Origin: Takakia lepidozioides
Lineage: Eukaryota; Plantae; Bryophyta
Length of the DNA: 64,000 nt
Assembly (NCBI GenBank): GCA_030704615.1
Contig: CM060734.1
Location: 38,688,001-38,752,000 of the forward strand
Direction of reading: 5' to 3'
Shown here: in pieces, positions 12,801 through 26,225 of the stretch
How positions within the stretch are numbered: the first letter of the stretch is position 1
Layout: every line of letters starts with the position of its first letter
Made by a program: the position numbers and the translations under genes
Notes under the pieces: model-generated
The model's input: only the letters and a program-made list of their open reading frames with translations
Databases searched by the model: none
What the model was told of the DNA's origin: nothing

Positions 12801-14205
12801 ACATAGACAAGCAAATTGCCTCAGTTGAACATAGAGGTGTTTCCAGAAACCAGTCAGCTCTTAGACATTTCTAGTAGAGCAATACAGATCACTTAGTTTT
12901 CAAAAAAGCATCCATAATTGCTCCAACTTGGTATGCACAGCTAAATCAATGTGCTTCTTAGATACCACGTTAGGTATCAAGAGGTCCTACATGCTCACTT
13001 AACTGTTTATCACAGTATATTTCATAAAATTGGAACACATTAGTCCTACCAAATGAGCATTGACCAAACTGTGGCTAAGGGAGGGCCAGAAAACCTGAAC
13101 AAATATGACATTTGTATATACCCTGGCAATCCGCCAGTAGTAAGAAGTTATTAGGGCTAAGTGCTCATGCCCCTAATTAGCTGAGTCTAGTCCTCTTGAA
13201 AAGAAGCTCTGAGAAGACTACAGAAGGACTGAGTCATGGGAAGTTTCAAGCCAATAGAGAGTAGCTAGTCTGGGGAGTCTTAACCATTCCATCGGCAAAA
13301 CCATTGTTGTTCAAGACAACAAGACCAAAACGGTTGTCAATGCAACAACATAAACACTGGGGGTCAGAGGCAAGAGAGCAGGGAAACCAAACAAAAAACT
13401 ATCATCATGGAAGGCACCTAAAGTTGGACTGGAGGTCAGGCAAGAGAAAGAAGTCAAAAAAAGGAGCTGATAAGGGAATAAAAGATGGAACTGAATTTCC
13501 ATTCTATCACAACGGGGATTTAAACAATATAGTTGAAGACTAGAGAGAGTATGAAGGTGAACAAAACTGACAACCCGAAGCCTGTCCTGGAGACAGCTGT
13601 AACATCGAATATTAATGTGTTCCGAGGCAGTAAAAAAACTTTTAGTATTGTGCACCATTTCAGCCAACAGCCCTTTCGGCATGGGGTAGTTTTGCACACA
13701 GTTTCGGAGAGTTTAACCAGGTTATGCACAGGAATCCGGTGAAAAACGAGCCACATTGTCACGGTAGAATGAAGTCCGAAAGAGGTGTCAGGAATTAAGA
13801 AACACAGCATACCTTGGTGAACAATCCCTCCTTGGCTGCCACATGGTCGTTAGCTGCGCTTTCACTGTCATCCCCTTCCCAAAACGCCCCTGATATTCCT
13901 CCGAAGAGACAGATAGGCCCGCTCCCTGGCGTGTCCTTCCGATACGAAACCACAGAATGCAGTGTAATTAAGGCAGATCGTCCAAGGTCAACATGGAACC
14001 AGGCCGATCCTCCATTCTCACACTGCAATTTCCTTAACCTATTTTTTCTCAACCTCTGTGCCCATCCTCCTGTACCACTGCTACTACATGTCACCGCCCC
14101 CGCCGCATGTGTGACTCTCCCTTGGTCCCCATCCTGCAGCCCGGCCACACAGCCGCCAACCACCACAGCTCTGGCTAGCGTTGTAGAGTACGCCATCCCC
14201 TCCAC
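9820..14205 (-). CDS. DUF760-family protein (UV-B-induced At3g17800-like), ~6 exons: ~14205-13814, ~12792-12583, ~11969-11652, ~11374-11266, ~10829-10573, ~10016-9820
   Basis: Exons encode LIQEIEPLDVSHISKE...AMKRTISGMLGLLPSDQF...LLVSSMMTG / YTLRNAEYRLCLQRNL / NDLLDYLRSLEPDK / TRDYLARLLFW / CMLLGHHMRGLEYRLEL, separated by GT-AG introns. Confidence 0.88.
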
Positions 14206-14554
14206 GCTGCTGTTAGGTACCAGAATCGCACCCGCAACACTGCTTCCCCGGCCTCATGAGGCCAGGAAAGGCCAAGGCATATCTTCCAAGCCCCAACGCA
14301 GAATTCCAAAGAGAGAGAGACCGAGAGAGAGAGAAGACAGGGAGCTGGGCCCACCCCTATCCTCGCGCCTCATCCATCCACTTGGCCTTCTCTCCTTATT
14401 TTCTTCTTATTATATTTCTCCCAATTTATATATTCGTTATTAATCCTTAAAAATATTAGGAAAACTGGCCCGTGCGCATGACTTTGGAAGGAAAAACGCG
14501 TTAATAAATATATATATATATATAAAAGGACTGTCACTGCTTCAGACTTCTCGT

Positions 14555-14556
<2 letters not shown>

Positions 14557-14588
<32 letters not shown>
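14557..14588. repeat. (CT)n microsatellite
   Basis: Seen directly. Confidence 0.9.
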
Positions 14589-14590
<2 letters not shown>

Positions 14591-16734
14591 CCAACCCTTT
14601 TGAAGTATTCACCCTCATTCAGCTTGTTAAGTTAGGTACACCAAAACTCTAACTGTCAAGTCTTGCACAGCTGATGACCAAAAGTCATGTGCACAACGCA
14701 AAGATGACCTCAAATGGGAGCAGTCATGCTGGTGAGAGGTCGCAGAAGTTACACCAATTGTGACCTGGACCATAAACCATCAACTTTTGTGAAGTTTGCG
14801 CATGGAACAAATTATAGAAGGCTCCACCCATTATAGAAGGCTTTACAAGTTTTTTTTTAAAAACAGGCTCCATTCTCCATTCCTCACAAATGCACATCTC
14901 GATGCACGGCACCTTTGTGTGGAATGGAGTTTTTTCTTTTTCTTTTAAAGGGAAACTTGGGAGTACCTTTCCATAGGAGGGAGGAAAATTAACCCCCTTT
15001 CATATATAGGCCATGAAGCATAGAGGAGATGCAATCCCCAAACTGACCGGCCATGAAACCATACCACAGAGGACAAGTAGCAGGATATGTGCTTCAAACT
15101 AACTCGGGTGACAGGATGGGCACTCTCCAACTTTGCTACCGGCTGCTGGTAGCCTTCTACAATCAAAAATATATATTGAATCAGAATCATAAAAATCATC
15201 AGTTGCAAATGGTAATGGTATAACTTATATGGCACATGGTGTTAGTACAATAAAGGATGTTTATGTGTTTCAAGCCAATGATGGGATAGTGCATGTTTTA
15301 TGAACTAGATCATGTTGCTGCCGCGTCATATTGTGCATACTACCAGCAAGCATGACCATACATGAGCTTATAATTACTCTGCGGTTTCAACCCACTACCA
15401 ATTAGGAGATGCATTCCATTCACATTAAGCATATATGAAATATTATTGAGGATTCCTATTATTCTTTATAAATACAATAAAACATCTAGTTTTCATCCAA
15501 AAAGGCTCGGGATCTTGAGGGCATCAAATTCACTCAGGGTCAATGAGATTTATAGGAAAACGTGTGGGGGTGACTAGCTGTAGATTATGGGTGATTTCCG
15601 CTGTCCAATCTTGTAATATTTGAGCTTTGCAAGATCAGCACAATGCGTCAATTTGACCTTACCCAAATCTTAATATTCCCGAATAACAAGGCCGCCCCGC
15701 CACAGATTCCTTCTAAAGTTTAACCCACATGGTGGCCCTTTTCAATTAATTTGGGGGTTTAAAAAAATGACCTCCAAGCAATTGGCGCTAGCGGTAACAA
15801 AGTCAGTTTAGCCTTCTAAGTGGTAGGTGGAAGTACCTTCAATGTCCAAAATTGGTGTAAAGAGTCTCTATGTAAATTGAGGAAATTTGCACGCTCCTCT
15901 AAAATCTAATATCACAATCTCCAAATCAACCCAAGTAATCAAATCCCCATGGTATATATATATATATATAGTCAGATTGTAGTGTTTTCTATTCATATTC
16001 ATCTCATAAACTTCTTAAAATCAAAGTGATATGACATCCGATCAAACAAAAGATGTCTCAAATAAAAGATGTGTCAATTGTGTAAAATATGGTGTATCTT
16101 GATCCCAAATAGCAGTTGCATTCTGAGGAACATGGACACCTTTATGACATATAGCGTGTGGTTTTAAGTTTCAACCCACAACCACTAGTAAAGTGATGTC
16201 TGAGCTAAATGTTGGTTGTCCAACAAGTTGTACATCTATCTCCCACCTGCAATTGCAGCCATGTGGGTCTGCTTAAAATTTACTAACATCTTGGTGCATC
16301 TACTCACAATAGTCATGTGCGATTTGCATGCAATCGCCCGCAACCATGCAGTCACATGTAGGCCTCTTGGCTATTGAGTCGAGACAAGTTGTTACGTGTC
16401 AATTTTTTCTTTGTTTACATGCCCCAAGTTGTTAGAGTACAATTGCATTTTCGAGCAACTTGCTACATGTCAATTTTTAATTCATTCATTTTCTTTTTCT
16501 TTTGCACTCCAACTTCTTGGCATTCGATTATCCATGGGAACAAACCATTCAGTTTTTCGGTCTGACATTCTGTCACAACCCCCAATTTGAGCAATCCATG
16601 GTGCACTGTAGTAGGATACAGCCAAAACTTACAGACATCAGCCATAACATGTGTAGCAGGGTTTGTAGTGAATCTACCAACCGGGATCCACTAATTTGGT
16701 CGATTTCCAAATTGACAACACTGTGTATATATTC

Positions 16735-17215
16735 AAAATCACAATGTAAGAAAACCAAATACCTTTTATGCAAGGCATCTTTGCCATCAATCCCAAAATA
16801 TGCTTAGTGTGTCTGTCAAATTAACAACACTGTGTATAAACAGATTGAGAGTATGCAGTTGATGGCACACCTGGGATCTATTGCTCTTGGAAAACGGGTT
16901 AGTTAGGGAAGACAAAACGGATGGTAGAGTCTATTGGACTATTTAGTCCCAATGGAAGGAAGCGAAGGGTAGAGATATCGAAAAGTTCAATGTCCATGCA
17001 GGATTTGTGTGAGCATAAAGTAGAGAACCTTGAAACACCTGAGGGCTCAACATCACGGCCATGTGAGGATGAGGTCTTTGTCCACAAAATCGATGGATGT
17101 TGCTAGAGTTGCGATAGCTAGCCTAGATTTCAAAGTCACAATGTAAGAAAACCAAATATGTTTTATGCAATGCATCTCTGCTATCAATCCCAAAACCTGC
17201 TTAGTGTGTTTGTCT
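16735..17215. repeat. Pair of ~83-bp direct repeats ~400 bp apart
   Basis: caaa.tcacaatgtaagaaaaccaaata..ttttatgcaa.gcatct.tgc.atcaatcccaaaa..tgcttagtgtgt at ~16735 and ~17131. Confidence 0.75.
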
Positions 17216-17665
17216 AAGACTTCTTAGTCAATCGCTCATCTAAGAGCTCTCTAGCAAATCATGTGTCATCCGAAGCATCCATGACTTGCCAGCACCTAGA
17301 CCATAGGCATAACCCGAATTCATTATCCCTCTCATCCGTAACAATCGATCTATGCTTAGTTTCTGATGTATGAGGCCATTCGCCTTCAAATATGCTCCAA
17401 CAATGTCAACAAGGCCCGCTCCATCAGGAATGGATTCCTTAGCATCCACCGTTTATTGCAATGTCTTCACATAGGTTTCGTTTGCCCGCTCGTTACGAAG
17501 TAAGTCCTTTATTTCCTTGATAATATCGTCTTTCAAACATGTGCGAGGTAGGGACTTCTCACTTGCGGCTGTGACGTAAGCCTCACTTACAGCTTTGGTA
17601 AGAGATTGCACCACACCTTTCACGAACTGATCTTGATTGTCCACATGTCAATAATGGAGCAAACA

Positions 17666-18972
17666 TGTCGCGCACCTCACTTCGGTAAGCTCCCCTTCAC
17701 ATCATAGTTACTCGCTTTGATGCGCGCGCCTAACTCCCAAACTGGCTGCCAGGCCAACTCGGAGCTTCGGCTGCTCACCAGGACATAACGGTCTCCTTTT
17801 GCTCCTCCACAAGACCCTCGCTCACTTTGGGCCTAGTGGAAATTCCTTTTGGTTGTTGGCAGCCCGGAACAGCTCCCCACACCTTGGTCGCTTTCCGGCT
17901 CAACACGCTTACTCACTAGTTTTTGGTCACCAACGGGCTTGCACCGTTTTCGGGGTTACTACTCCCTATATATACTTCTGTGACTGTCCGCGGGGGTTTC
18001 ACAAACAACACCGTCTTTTTATGGCGAACCACCACGAAGACCCTTGACTCCCGGTGATGAGTCGCAGTGAGTCTTGGCCCACCCACCACGGCCCCAATGG
18101 ACCGTGATGAGTCCCAAGACTCCCCACGACTCCCACCATAAGGTCTCCGCCCCATGGTGAGTCTTATGCGCCTCCGCCTCCTTGAGTGCCTTGGGCACTC
18201 AAGGGTGCTTCAGCCCCTGTACCTATTGTTGTCACTGCCCCCACCACAAGAGCAGCCCCTCTTGTGTCCCGACCCATTGCACTCAAGACAAAGGGCCACG
18301 ACACACACCTCTACCAACAGGGAGTCGATGTCATCATCGACTTGTCCATTTTGTAGAAACTAACATCCTAGTTGTGGCGTCCCACATCAAGGAGTTTGTT
18401 TCCGTACCATGGCGTCCCATGGCAAAGAACCAAACCCCCACTTGACTCTACTCTCCACTAGCTAGTTCGGCCGACTTCCTCCAAGTCTCGGCCAAGGGTG
18501 GAGCCTCTCTAGCTCCATCCAATGCACTCTTCTTGGCCCACTTCAAGGCCAAGGAACGATCCTCCCCGAGGATCAAATCGCCCTACTGCAACAACATTGC
18601 TTGCGATCGCTCATGATGCCGCTTTTTGGCATCACCTTGAGCAAGGGTTCACCTTGAACCCTTTTTGACTAGGAAGATAACCTTGAACCAACCGTGCGGC
18701 CTAATCACTGCAATTGGGTCCGCCTTGGAATGCTGGCCTGAGGTACGGGAGCACGCCGAAGCCGCACTATGACTTCGTCCTCAGGTTATATGATTATAGT
18801 ACGTGAACGGAAGCACGTAGCTTCCGCGTTAGCCCGCACTACAAGACAACCCCCTCGGTAGCGCAATTATAGTACGTGCACGTGCCATGTACGCACTAGC
18901 ACGTGAACTCCCAAAGAAGGCGCAAGTTTCATTGCCCTTTGGATGGGAGTCACCCGATTTCGGCACTACGCA
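17666..18972 (-). mobile_element. Probable solo LTR of the chromovirus family also present at 37858-39655
   Basis: 17666-18300 is highly similar to 38426-38930 plus 39520-39655; TG...CA ends flanked by aaca on both sides; the right boundary is less certain. Confidence 0.7.
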
Positions 18973-19364
18973 AACACACGATTAATCCAATTTACATCTC
19001 TCACTTTTGTAAGCTAACATCCTTGGGGATGTACTCTTCATAAAAAGACCATATCATGTGCGTGCATCAGCCAATAAACAATACCCCTGTATATAGCTTA
19101 ATTCATGAATTTATCATATGTATACATATTTTTAAGACTTTATTAAAATCCCTAAAGTATTTATATATAAAAAAATTAATAAATAATAATACCCAATTGT
19201 ATGTATTCATGTGTTCATTGAGAATATAAAAACCCTTTATTTATATATAATTTTTAATACAAAATTATGGACAAACTATAGATCGGATCTAAAAAAAATC
19301 AAAATAACTTGTGTAACCAATAAAAATTAGTATAAAATTTATTTTCCGTTTATAGAATTGTTAA

Positions 19365-19455
19365 AAACATGCTGAAATGTGTTGAGAAAAGTGCCTTCAT
19401 AAGCAGTGCCTTGTTTTATCAATTGTGCTGCACTGCCGCTGCTGTTTCCACTTAG
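19365..19455 (-). repeat. Fragment of the PDF-motif-associated repeat
   Basis: gaaatgtgttga..aa.gtgccttcat.agcagtgcc...ttttatcaattgtgc matches 31860-31945 and 36110-36190. Confidence 0.65.
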
Positions 19456-19639
19456 GCCAAAACAAGAAGTTTTTTTCTTAAAGAAATGTGGGGGGATTTG
19501 TGTGCAGCAGCTGCTGTTCCTCCTCCTCTCACCCTCCCCCATTTTCCTTGGCCTAAGTAGGGGGGAGAGAGACAGCAGTAACAGCTGTTACTCTCTCCAT
19601 GCTTAGGCAAACAAAAGGAAAAAAAACAATAATAATAAT

Positions 19640-19949
19640 AACAGATTCGTTGCTCCCACATTTGACATATATGTTGACGTGGGTACTGTTCAGAATGACA
19701 CCTGATATAACCCTAGCTTTGACAACATCACCATGGACCTCTTTGCCTTTTTCGAGGGTTGCTTGCATGGTTGTTCATGCATTATAAACACAAACGAACA
19801 TGATGATCTGGTCCAACTTCAAGCCTTCCTGCATCATTTGCTCATAGGTCTCTATGTCGAAGTCTTCATGCCGCACCCCTCCTATGCATATCTTGCATTC
19901 ATCACGTTCCACAACACCACATCTCGTTTAGCCATATTGTCAAAACACT
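19640..19949 (-). pseudogene. PLS PPR pseudogene, left part, interrupted by the Gypsy element
   Basis: ATLEKGKEVHGDVVKARVISGVILNSTHVNIYVKCGS plus degenerate P/S motifs; the PPR sequence resumes at ~30547 after the element. Confidence 0.75.
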
Positions 19950-20344
19950 TGTCATGGTTTTAGTCATGGTTAACTAGAATTACCTACTTCTAGTTAACTA
20001 TGACATTTTGGATATTTATATTTGTATTTTGTGTGTTGAGACTTCATTTGGTCTCACATGCCAAGTGAGGTGTCAAACCTCACTTGGGACATGGGGATGG
20101 GTTTTCCCCTTGTGAGTGTTGAGGAGGGCTCATCTTCTTGTAGTTGAGCCTCCATGAGCCTCTCCCACCTCCATAGCTCTAGGTATTGAGAGGGAATGTG
20201 GTGAGGGCTTTGTAGGGTGGATTCCTTTAGCAAAGGTGTCATTGGCTTGACTTAGTTTATGTGATTGAGTGGATTCATGAGTGGAGTGTTTCCATTGTGT
20301 GTTCACATCCATTATCACTACAAGAAGATCACCTTATGCTTGTG
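19950..20344 (+). repeat. Terminal repeat A1
   Basis: Near-identical to 30080-30454 apart from a ~17-bp indel; not followed by repeat B. Confidence 0.92.
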
Positions 20345-21810
20345 AGTGCGGAGTGTAAGGATTAGTTTTAGCACTTGTGTTGGTGTACACCGAGGAGTGA
20401 GAGAGCTAGGAAAGCTCAAGTATCTCACAAGGCTTGTAAGGTGCTGCAAAGAGGAGTGTTTTTGCATTGCATCAAAGAGGTGGAGAGCTCAAGGAGAGAG
20501 CTCTTGAGTTACAAGACTTTGCAGAGGTGGAGAGCTTAAGGAGAGAGCTCTTGTATCACAAAGCTTACATGGTTTTGCAAGGTAAGTGTTTGTATGTGCT
20601 CTGAGGGTTTGAGAGCTTGGAAAAGAGCTCTTGCATCACAAGAGAAACGTCTTGTGTGTGGAGAAGATAAACACTAGGGTTTCAAGAGCAAGCTCTAGTT
20701 GTTCATGGTGTAAAAGAGAAGCCAAAGAGCGGCACATGCTTGGGTTGGAAACACCATAGAAGGCGTACAACAAGGGTAGCTTGAGGAGTATTGAGTAGCT
20801 CAAGAGAAGCTAAGAAGTGGTTGTTCTATCCATGGTGAAATGAAGCCAAGTGGGGTTTTATTTGGTTGACAAACAAACAAACAACCAAAGACGGCGCTAG
20901 AAGGGAGTGATTTTGCTAGTTCTATGAGTTCTTGGATTGCTCTTGGTGAAGCAAGTGATTGACCAAGCAAGTGGCGCATGTGTGGAGCATGTTTTCCAAG
21001 TGTGGCTTCTAATTCAAGCTTGAGGAGAGCTAGAAGGTGAAGTGAGCAAGTTCATTCCTTGTGTATGAGGTGGTGCATGTTGTGGAAGAAAAGCCAAGGA
21101 GCTACATAGGCTAGGGCTTGAAGACAACAAAAGCAACCACTTGGAGAGCATCAAGAAGCTCAAGATGACTCCAAAGGGAAGCATGTGGGTAAGAATTCTA
21201 TCCATGATGATGTGAAACCAAGCCTAAAGTATTGAAGAGCTTGGAGCACATGTGGGAGATCATTGGAGGTGGTCTTCATGAATAAAGAAGATTGTGGCTC
21301 ACGACATGCATAGCAACTTCAACCATACATTAGCATGTAACAAGACAAGGAAGGGGAAGGTGAAGCTCATGTATTCATTCCCTTTTTACTTAAGTTTTGT
21401 GGTGGATGGTTGATCAAGCAAGTGATGCTTATGTGGAGCATGCTCTTTAGGGCTTGTGACTTCAAGTTTGAGAAGATAAGCTCTTGAATAGAGGTGTGGA
21501 TACACATTATGATGAATGAAAAGAACACCTAGGTTAAGAGGTGGAAGTGTGTGTGACTAGCCCATGCAAGGGAAAGCACATGGAAGATGGCATACAAAAT
21601 TCAAATTCAAGCAAGGCTTGGTGCTTGTCATTGGGCACATTAGCTTGCTATGAGTTCCAAGGAGATCAAGAGGAACTTGTCAATTTGGGATGAGTGCATT
21701 GCAAAGTAAGATAATGCAATCTTGCATGCATGTTAGGGGGGAAGATACCATGAAGAAGGTGTTTCTTACTATACTCTACAAACCCTAGTCTCCATACTCT
21801 TCAAGAAACT

Positions 21811-21985
21811 GAGTATGGGCTCCCTCTGCCCATCATACACTTTTTTGAACAGTGTATGGAACCCCTCTGTCCAACATACTCTTTTGTGAACAGAGTATGG
21901 GCCCCCTCTACCTAACATACGTTGTTTCGAACAGTGTATGGGCTCCCTCTGCCCCCATCATACACTTTTGTGAACAGTGTATGGA
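21811..21985 (+). repeat. ~41-bp tandem repeat (4+ units) in the element's 5' leader
   Basis: Units ag.gtatgg..cccctct.cc.a.catac..tt.t.gaac repeated four times, each with inverted gtatg/catac. Confidence 0.8.
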
Positions 21986-23002
21986 TACAAGTGGAGAGAC
22001 TTTGCCTACCATACGTTTTCATTAAAAGTGTATGACATCTAGGGTTAATCTGGAGGAGTATTGCCTTTTGAGGATCTTTGGGGGGTCCTTTGAGGAGCTT
22101 TTGTAGGACACTTGAAGAGCTCTTGAAGGGGTGTTTGGAGGACTATTTGGAGGACTATTGGGGGTCCTTGTAGACCAATATTTGGCAAACATTTGGAGCT
22201 TTAGAGGGCTATTTGGAGGACTATTTTGGGATCCTTGGAGGCTAATATTTGGCGAGCTTAAGGAGTCTTTGGCAACTTGTCTGAAGGACTTTTTGGGGTC
22301 CTTGAGGGCCAAGATTTGGCAGGCTTTGGGGGCCTTAGTGAGATTGTTTGAGAGACATCTTGAGGGCTCTTGGAGAGTTATTTGAGAGACCCTGGAAGGT
22401 AGTTATGTCTGTTGGTCATGAGCAAGAGCGTTTAGAGATAGGGGGAGACTAGTGGGATGAGAGCATTCTGGGATTAGGAATTGCTTTAGTCTCTCTTCCT
22501 CGTAGTCTTCCACCCTCTATGTAGGCCAAAACCTTTCCGTAGGTGGAGGCAAGAGTCAGTCCGGGTTTGGGCTGGGGTGTTCTTGCAGGAGCGACACTGT
22601 GGAGTGTTATTTTTGGTGTGGGGGAGTTCCTGTCTTGATTTTCTTGTGTTTGGATCCCCCCCACACCTGCGTGCTTGACTGTGCACCATGTCAGTTTTGT
22701 GTGGGCACTTGTTTTCATAGGAGGTTGGTCCGGATTTGATCACCGACCAATCCTAGAGCATGCTGTCGGTGGTGAGGCTGGGGTGATGACCAGTCAGACC
22801 ACCATTGTTTCTCTTATGGTGAGACTGGGTTGATGACCAACAGACCATATGAGTGCTTGCAGTGGATGCAGGTGCAGGTTTATGTTACGAACCTAGTAGT
22901 CTAAGCCATAAGCCGCAACAGGTTCTCTACCCAGTTACCTTGTGGAAAGGGGGATTAGAGACAGGTTTACAACAGGTGTGGTTGTGAGTTTTCATCACGG
23001 AG

Positions 23003-24691
23003 GTGCCACCAGTTGCTGAAGAGAGTGCCGGTACGAGCACCAACGATATTAGTGGGTATACAAGACGAGGTGTGCGGTTTAGGCCACCTTCACCTTTAGT
23101 GTCTTCCGAGGAAGGTTCAGACTCAGAGTTAGGAGGATTCTCGCCGAGGTTGCAAGCCATTTCCGTGCCATTGTTGTGGGATACGATGGAGGAAATGTAT
23201 GGAGCTACCAAGGGGCCACGTCGGTACTCTGGAGCTGTGGGCACCATCGAGCTTGATGATTTTATACAGGAGTTTGATAGTTGGTATGATTTGCAGCAGA
23301 TGCGCAATCCACAACTGTTTACGCCTTTTATGGCGTGGAAGGGACTGTTTCAGCACCTTGAGGGGCCGCCCATGGATGACTACCATGAGTTTAGGCGGGG
23401 ACATGAGGTGGAGATTGAGGAATGGTGGGTGTATTGGTCACCTGACTATGTCTCCATTACTAGAGGCACAAGGGTAGTGGTGACACCGACAGCTACACCA
23501 GCAGTTTCTGCAAGCAGCAGTGGGACGTCAAGTGGAACAGGAGCTGGGAAGTCCACCCAAGTTCCTGCTGCAGCACCAACATCCGTGCCTCCCTTTAACC
23601 CAGTTGTGGAGTTCTTCGAGGAGTTGAGGAGAAACTACCAAGGGATAAGGACAGAGAAGTTGCGGGGCTTGCAAGAGTTCCAACGAAGGTCTACTGAGAG
23701 TTTGAGGGAGGCTTTCACTCGCATGAGGCGCTTGATAAACGTAACCCAAGGGGTTACAGAAGCTCAGGCAGTCCAGTTCTGGTATGGGATCCTGGACAAG
23801 GAGCTGAGGAGAAAGGTGCGGGATGCAACTCTCCTACAAGTGGACCAACCTACCTTAGCAAATGTGTTTTTGCTGGCAGAGCGGATAGAGCTCAATATGG
23901 TGGAGGAGCGAGTGGTCATGGTGGGGTTTGGTCAGGAGACACAACGAAGTGGAGCTCTTAGCCAACAACAACCACTACCCCAACGTGCTCAAGGCAATAA
24001 GGGGGCTCAGGCAAAGCCCAGGGAAGGGCCGAGAGGATCTCAATTGCAGAGGTCACTTCCTTCATTCTCAGGCCAACAACAGTCAGGTGTGATATGTTGG
24101 GATTGTGGATGACCCCATGTTAAGAGAGATTGTCCGGAAAGAGGCAAAGGGCCGGCACAGGCACAACCTACACAACTACAATGTGGGCATTGTGGCAAGA
24201 ATGGGCATGAAGAGGCCCATTGTTATGACTTGCATCCTGAGCTACGGCCAGGCCAGTTCCAAGGGAACAATGGTGGCCGAGGACGAGGCAATGTAGTCCA
24301 GAGAGGTAGAGGAGGCAGAGGTCGAGGTGGAGGACGTAACCAAAACCAAGGAGCACAGGGTCAGGGTCAAGGTCATGACCAAGGCATGGTGGATAGACTT
24401 GCCCAGCTAGAGCAACGTCTTGCTGCCATGGCCACTACTCATGTTGCGCCAGCTCCAAGGCTTGAGGTTCAAGCCCCACCTGCACAACCTCCTACGCCTA
24501 GGGAAGACCAGATTGGTATGGGCTTCATGTGTGGAGCCGCACTTGCAGGACCATTGCATGTGGAATCTGCAGCTGCTGTCACTCGAGTAGCAACGCGTGC
24601 TCCTAAGCCAAGAAGAGCGGATGTGGATTTTGATCCACAAAGAGGGGAAGCAAGTCGGTTCAGAAAAGGCACGAGGGATTACACGCCATGA
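23003..24691 (+). pseudogene. Gypsy gag with two CCHC zinc knuckles and an RGG-rich tail
   Basis: 369-aa ORF continues in frame past a TGA at 24110: CWDCG*PHVKRDC, CGHCGKNGHEEAHC, GGRGRG repeats. Confidence 0.85.
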
Positions 24692-24737
24692 GCTCTTCAT
24701 TCGATTATAACCAGATCATCCTACAGATGGCTCTATC

Positions 24738-24870
24738 ATGAGAGCTAAAGTCATTGTTACGGACGCAATGTCTTATGATGTGCTTGTTGGTGGGGCTGTG
24801 TTATACCCGATGGGCTTTACTCTGGACTTTTGGGAAGAAACGACATCCTATAGGCCGGAATGGCAGTCAA
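24738..24870 (+). pseudogene. C-terminal remnant of retroviral-type aspartic protease
   Basis: VIVTDAMSYDVLVGGAVLYPMGFTLDFW resembles the YD(I/V)LLG...L....ID(F/W) protease C-terminus; the catalytic D(S/T)G is not seen and was probably deleted. Confidence 0.55.
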
Positions 24871-25259
24871 GGGATGGCCGACGTGCACTACTCCCAGTGC
24901 GGTTTATTGGGAATGTAGCGGTGGATCATAGGAACATGATGCCCATATTTGCTGCATTCTCAGGGGTGGTGGTTTGGGGTGGTGAGCTCTTGGAGGGCAA
25001 TAGCCATGCAGATGATAGGCCACCACCTGATGAGGACAAACAATTGGCATACAAGGCTGATTTGCTTCCTCATGTGCTTGTGCATATTCCACTGTGGGGT
25101 ACGGTTGGGTGCACCAATTTGCAACGAGTAGCAGGCGAGAGTGTGCACCAAGCATGGCAGGAGGCCTTTCCATTGATGAGTGAGGGAAGTTCAGTGACAT
25201 CACCTGGACCTCCTTAGTTAGCTCCTTTGGACATAGTGCCCATTACCTGGCAACCACCT

Positions 25260-26225
25260 GACTCAGGGATTTGTTTGCTAGATCTGTTTGGAGGCATGAG
25301 CACTGGGCTTGCAGGAGTATTGCAAGCTGGGATTAAAGTACGCAAATACTTATATGTGGAGAAGGATGAGATAGCTCGGCGTATTTCTATGCGCCACATC
25401 GCCTTGCTCACACACCGGTATCCTGAGTTGTTGCCTCTCTCAGCAATTTAAGGGTATCAAAAGGCCTTGCCAGTAGACATTACCTTGCTGGGGGCGGATG
25501 ATTTGGACCAGCATGGTGCCATTGACTTGGTGATAGCTGGATGGCCTTGCCAAGGACACTCTCCCGCAGGTCATGGGAACGGCTTGCATGATGCACGATC
25601 GCATTTGTTTTGGGAGATGTTGAGAGTGTTGCGTGACTTGCAGACGAGGCAAGTGCAACCTCTAGCCTATATCTTGGAGAATGTTCCTCTTATGGGGGAC
25701 TCTCGGGTCAGGGTTATGGCCACTGTGCATCAGGTGCGGTCTTGGATTGGATCGGCGGTGCTATTGGATGCAGCAGCGGTGGGATCACGAGCGCATCGAC
25801 CTCGATTGTGGTGGACCAATCTTGCACCACCAGAGCTGCTCAAGAGAGCATACGATTCCATTCAACGCCCACCCAATCTCACAGTTCAGGGCATTTTGGA
25901 CCAAGGGAGGCAACCAGAGAGGGTGCGACATGATGACCGTCCACCTCTAGCAGTGGTAAATCGAGTGGGGCAGCCACGTGCGGCCTTGCCTACGCTCATG
26001 AGCTTTCCCTCGTCTCATGCTTTTTGAGACAATGGTCCTGGGTTGATTTGGGACAGTGTGCTACAGCAATTGGAGGAGCCAATGCAGATGAGCGAGAGCG
26101 GGCAATGGGATTTGCCACGGGCACTATAGCTGTGCCAGCTCTGTCAGAGGCATCACGCCGACATGTGTTAGGTCAAGAAATGGATCTAAATTGCTTGACA
26201 TGGGTCATTGGCTTGTGCATGGCTG
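25260..26225 (+). pseudogene. C5 cytosine DNA methyltransferase domain (DNMT3-like) inside Gypsy pol
   Basis: Motif I LLDLFGGMSTG; II YVEKD; IV DLVIAGWPCQG; LFWE; VI YILENV; VIII AHRPRLWWTNL; IX ERERAMGF; X RRHVLGQEMD. Two in-frame stops (~25449, ~26025) and a frameshift near 26070. Confidence 0.92.

Noticed and set aside
17240-17644. Coding-like short ORFs (similar case at 39660-39925)
   Set aside because: No recognisable motif; probably TE debris but cannot be assigned
25227-26225. Host DNMT3/DRM gene or bacterial contaminant
   Set aside because: Intronless, collinear within pol, decayed like the rest of the element and enclosed by the element's ends and TSD
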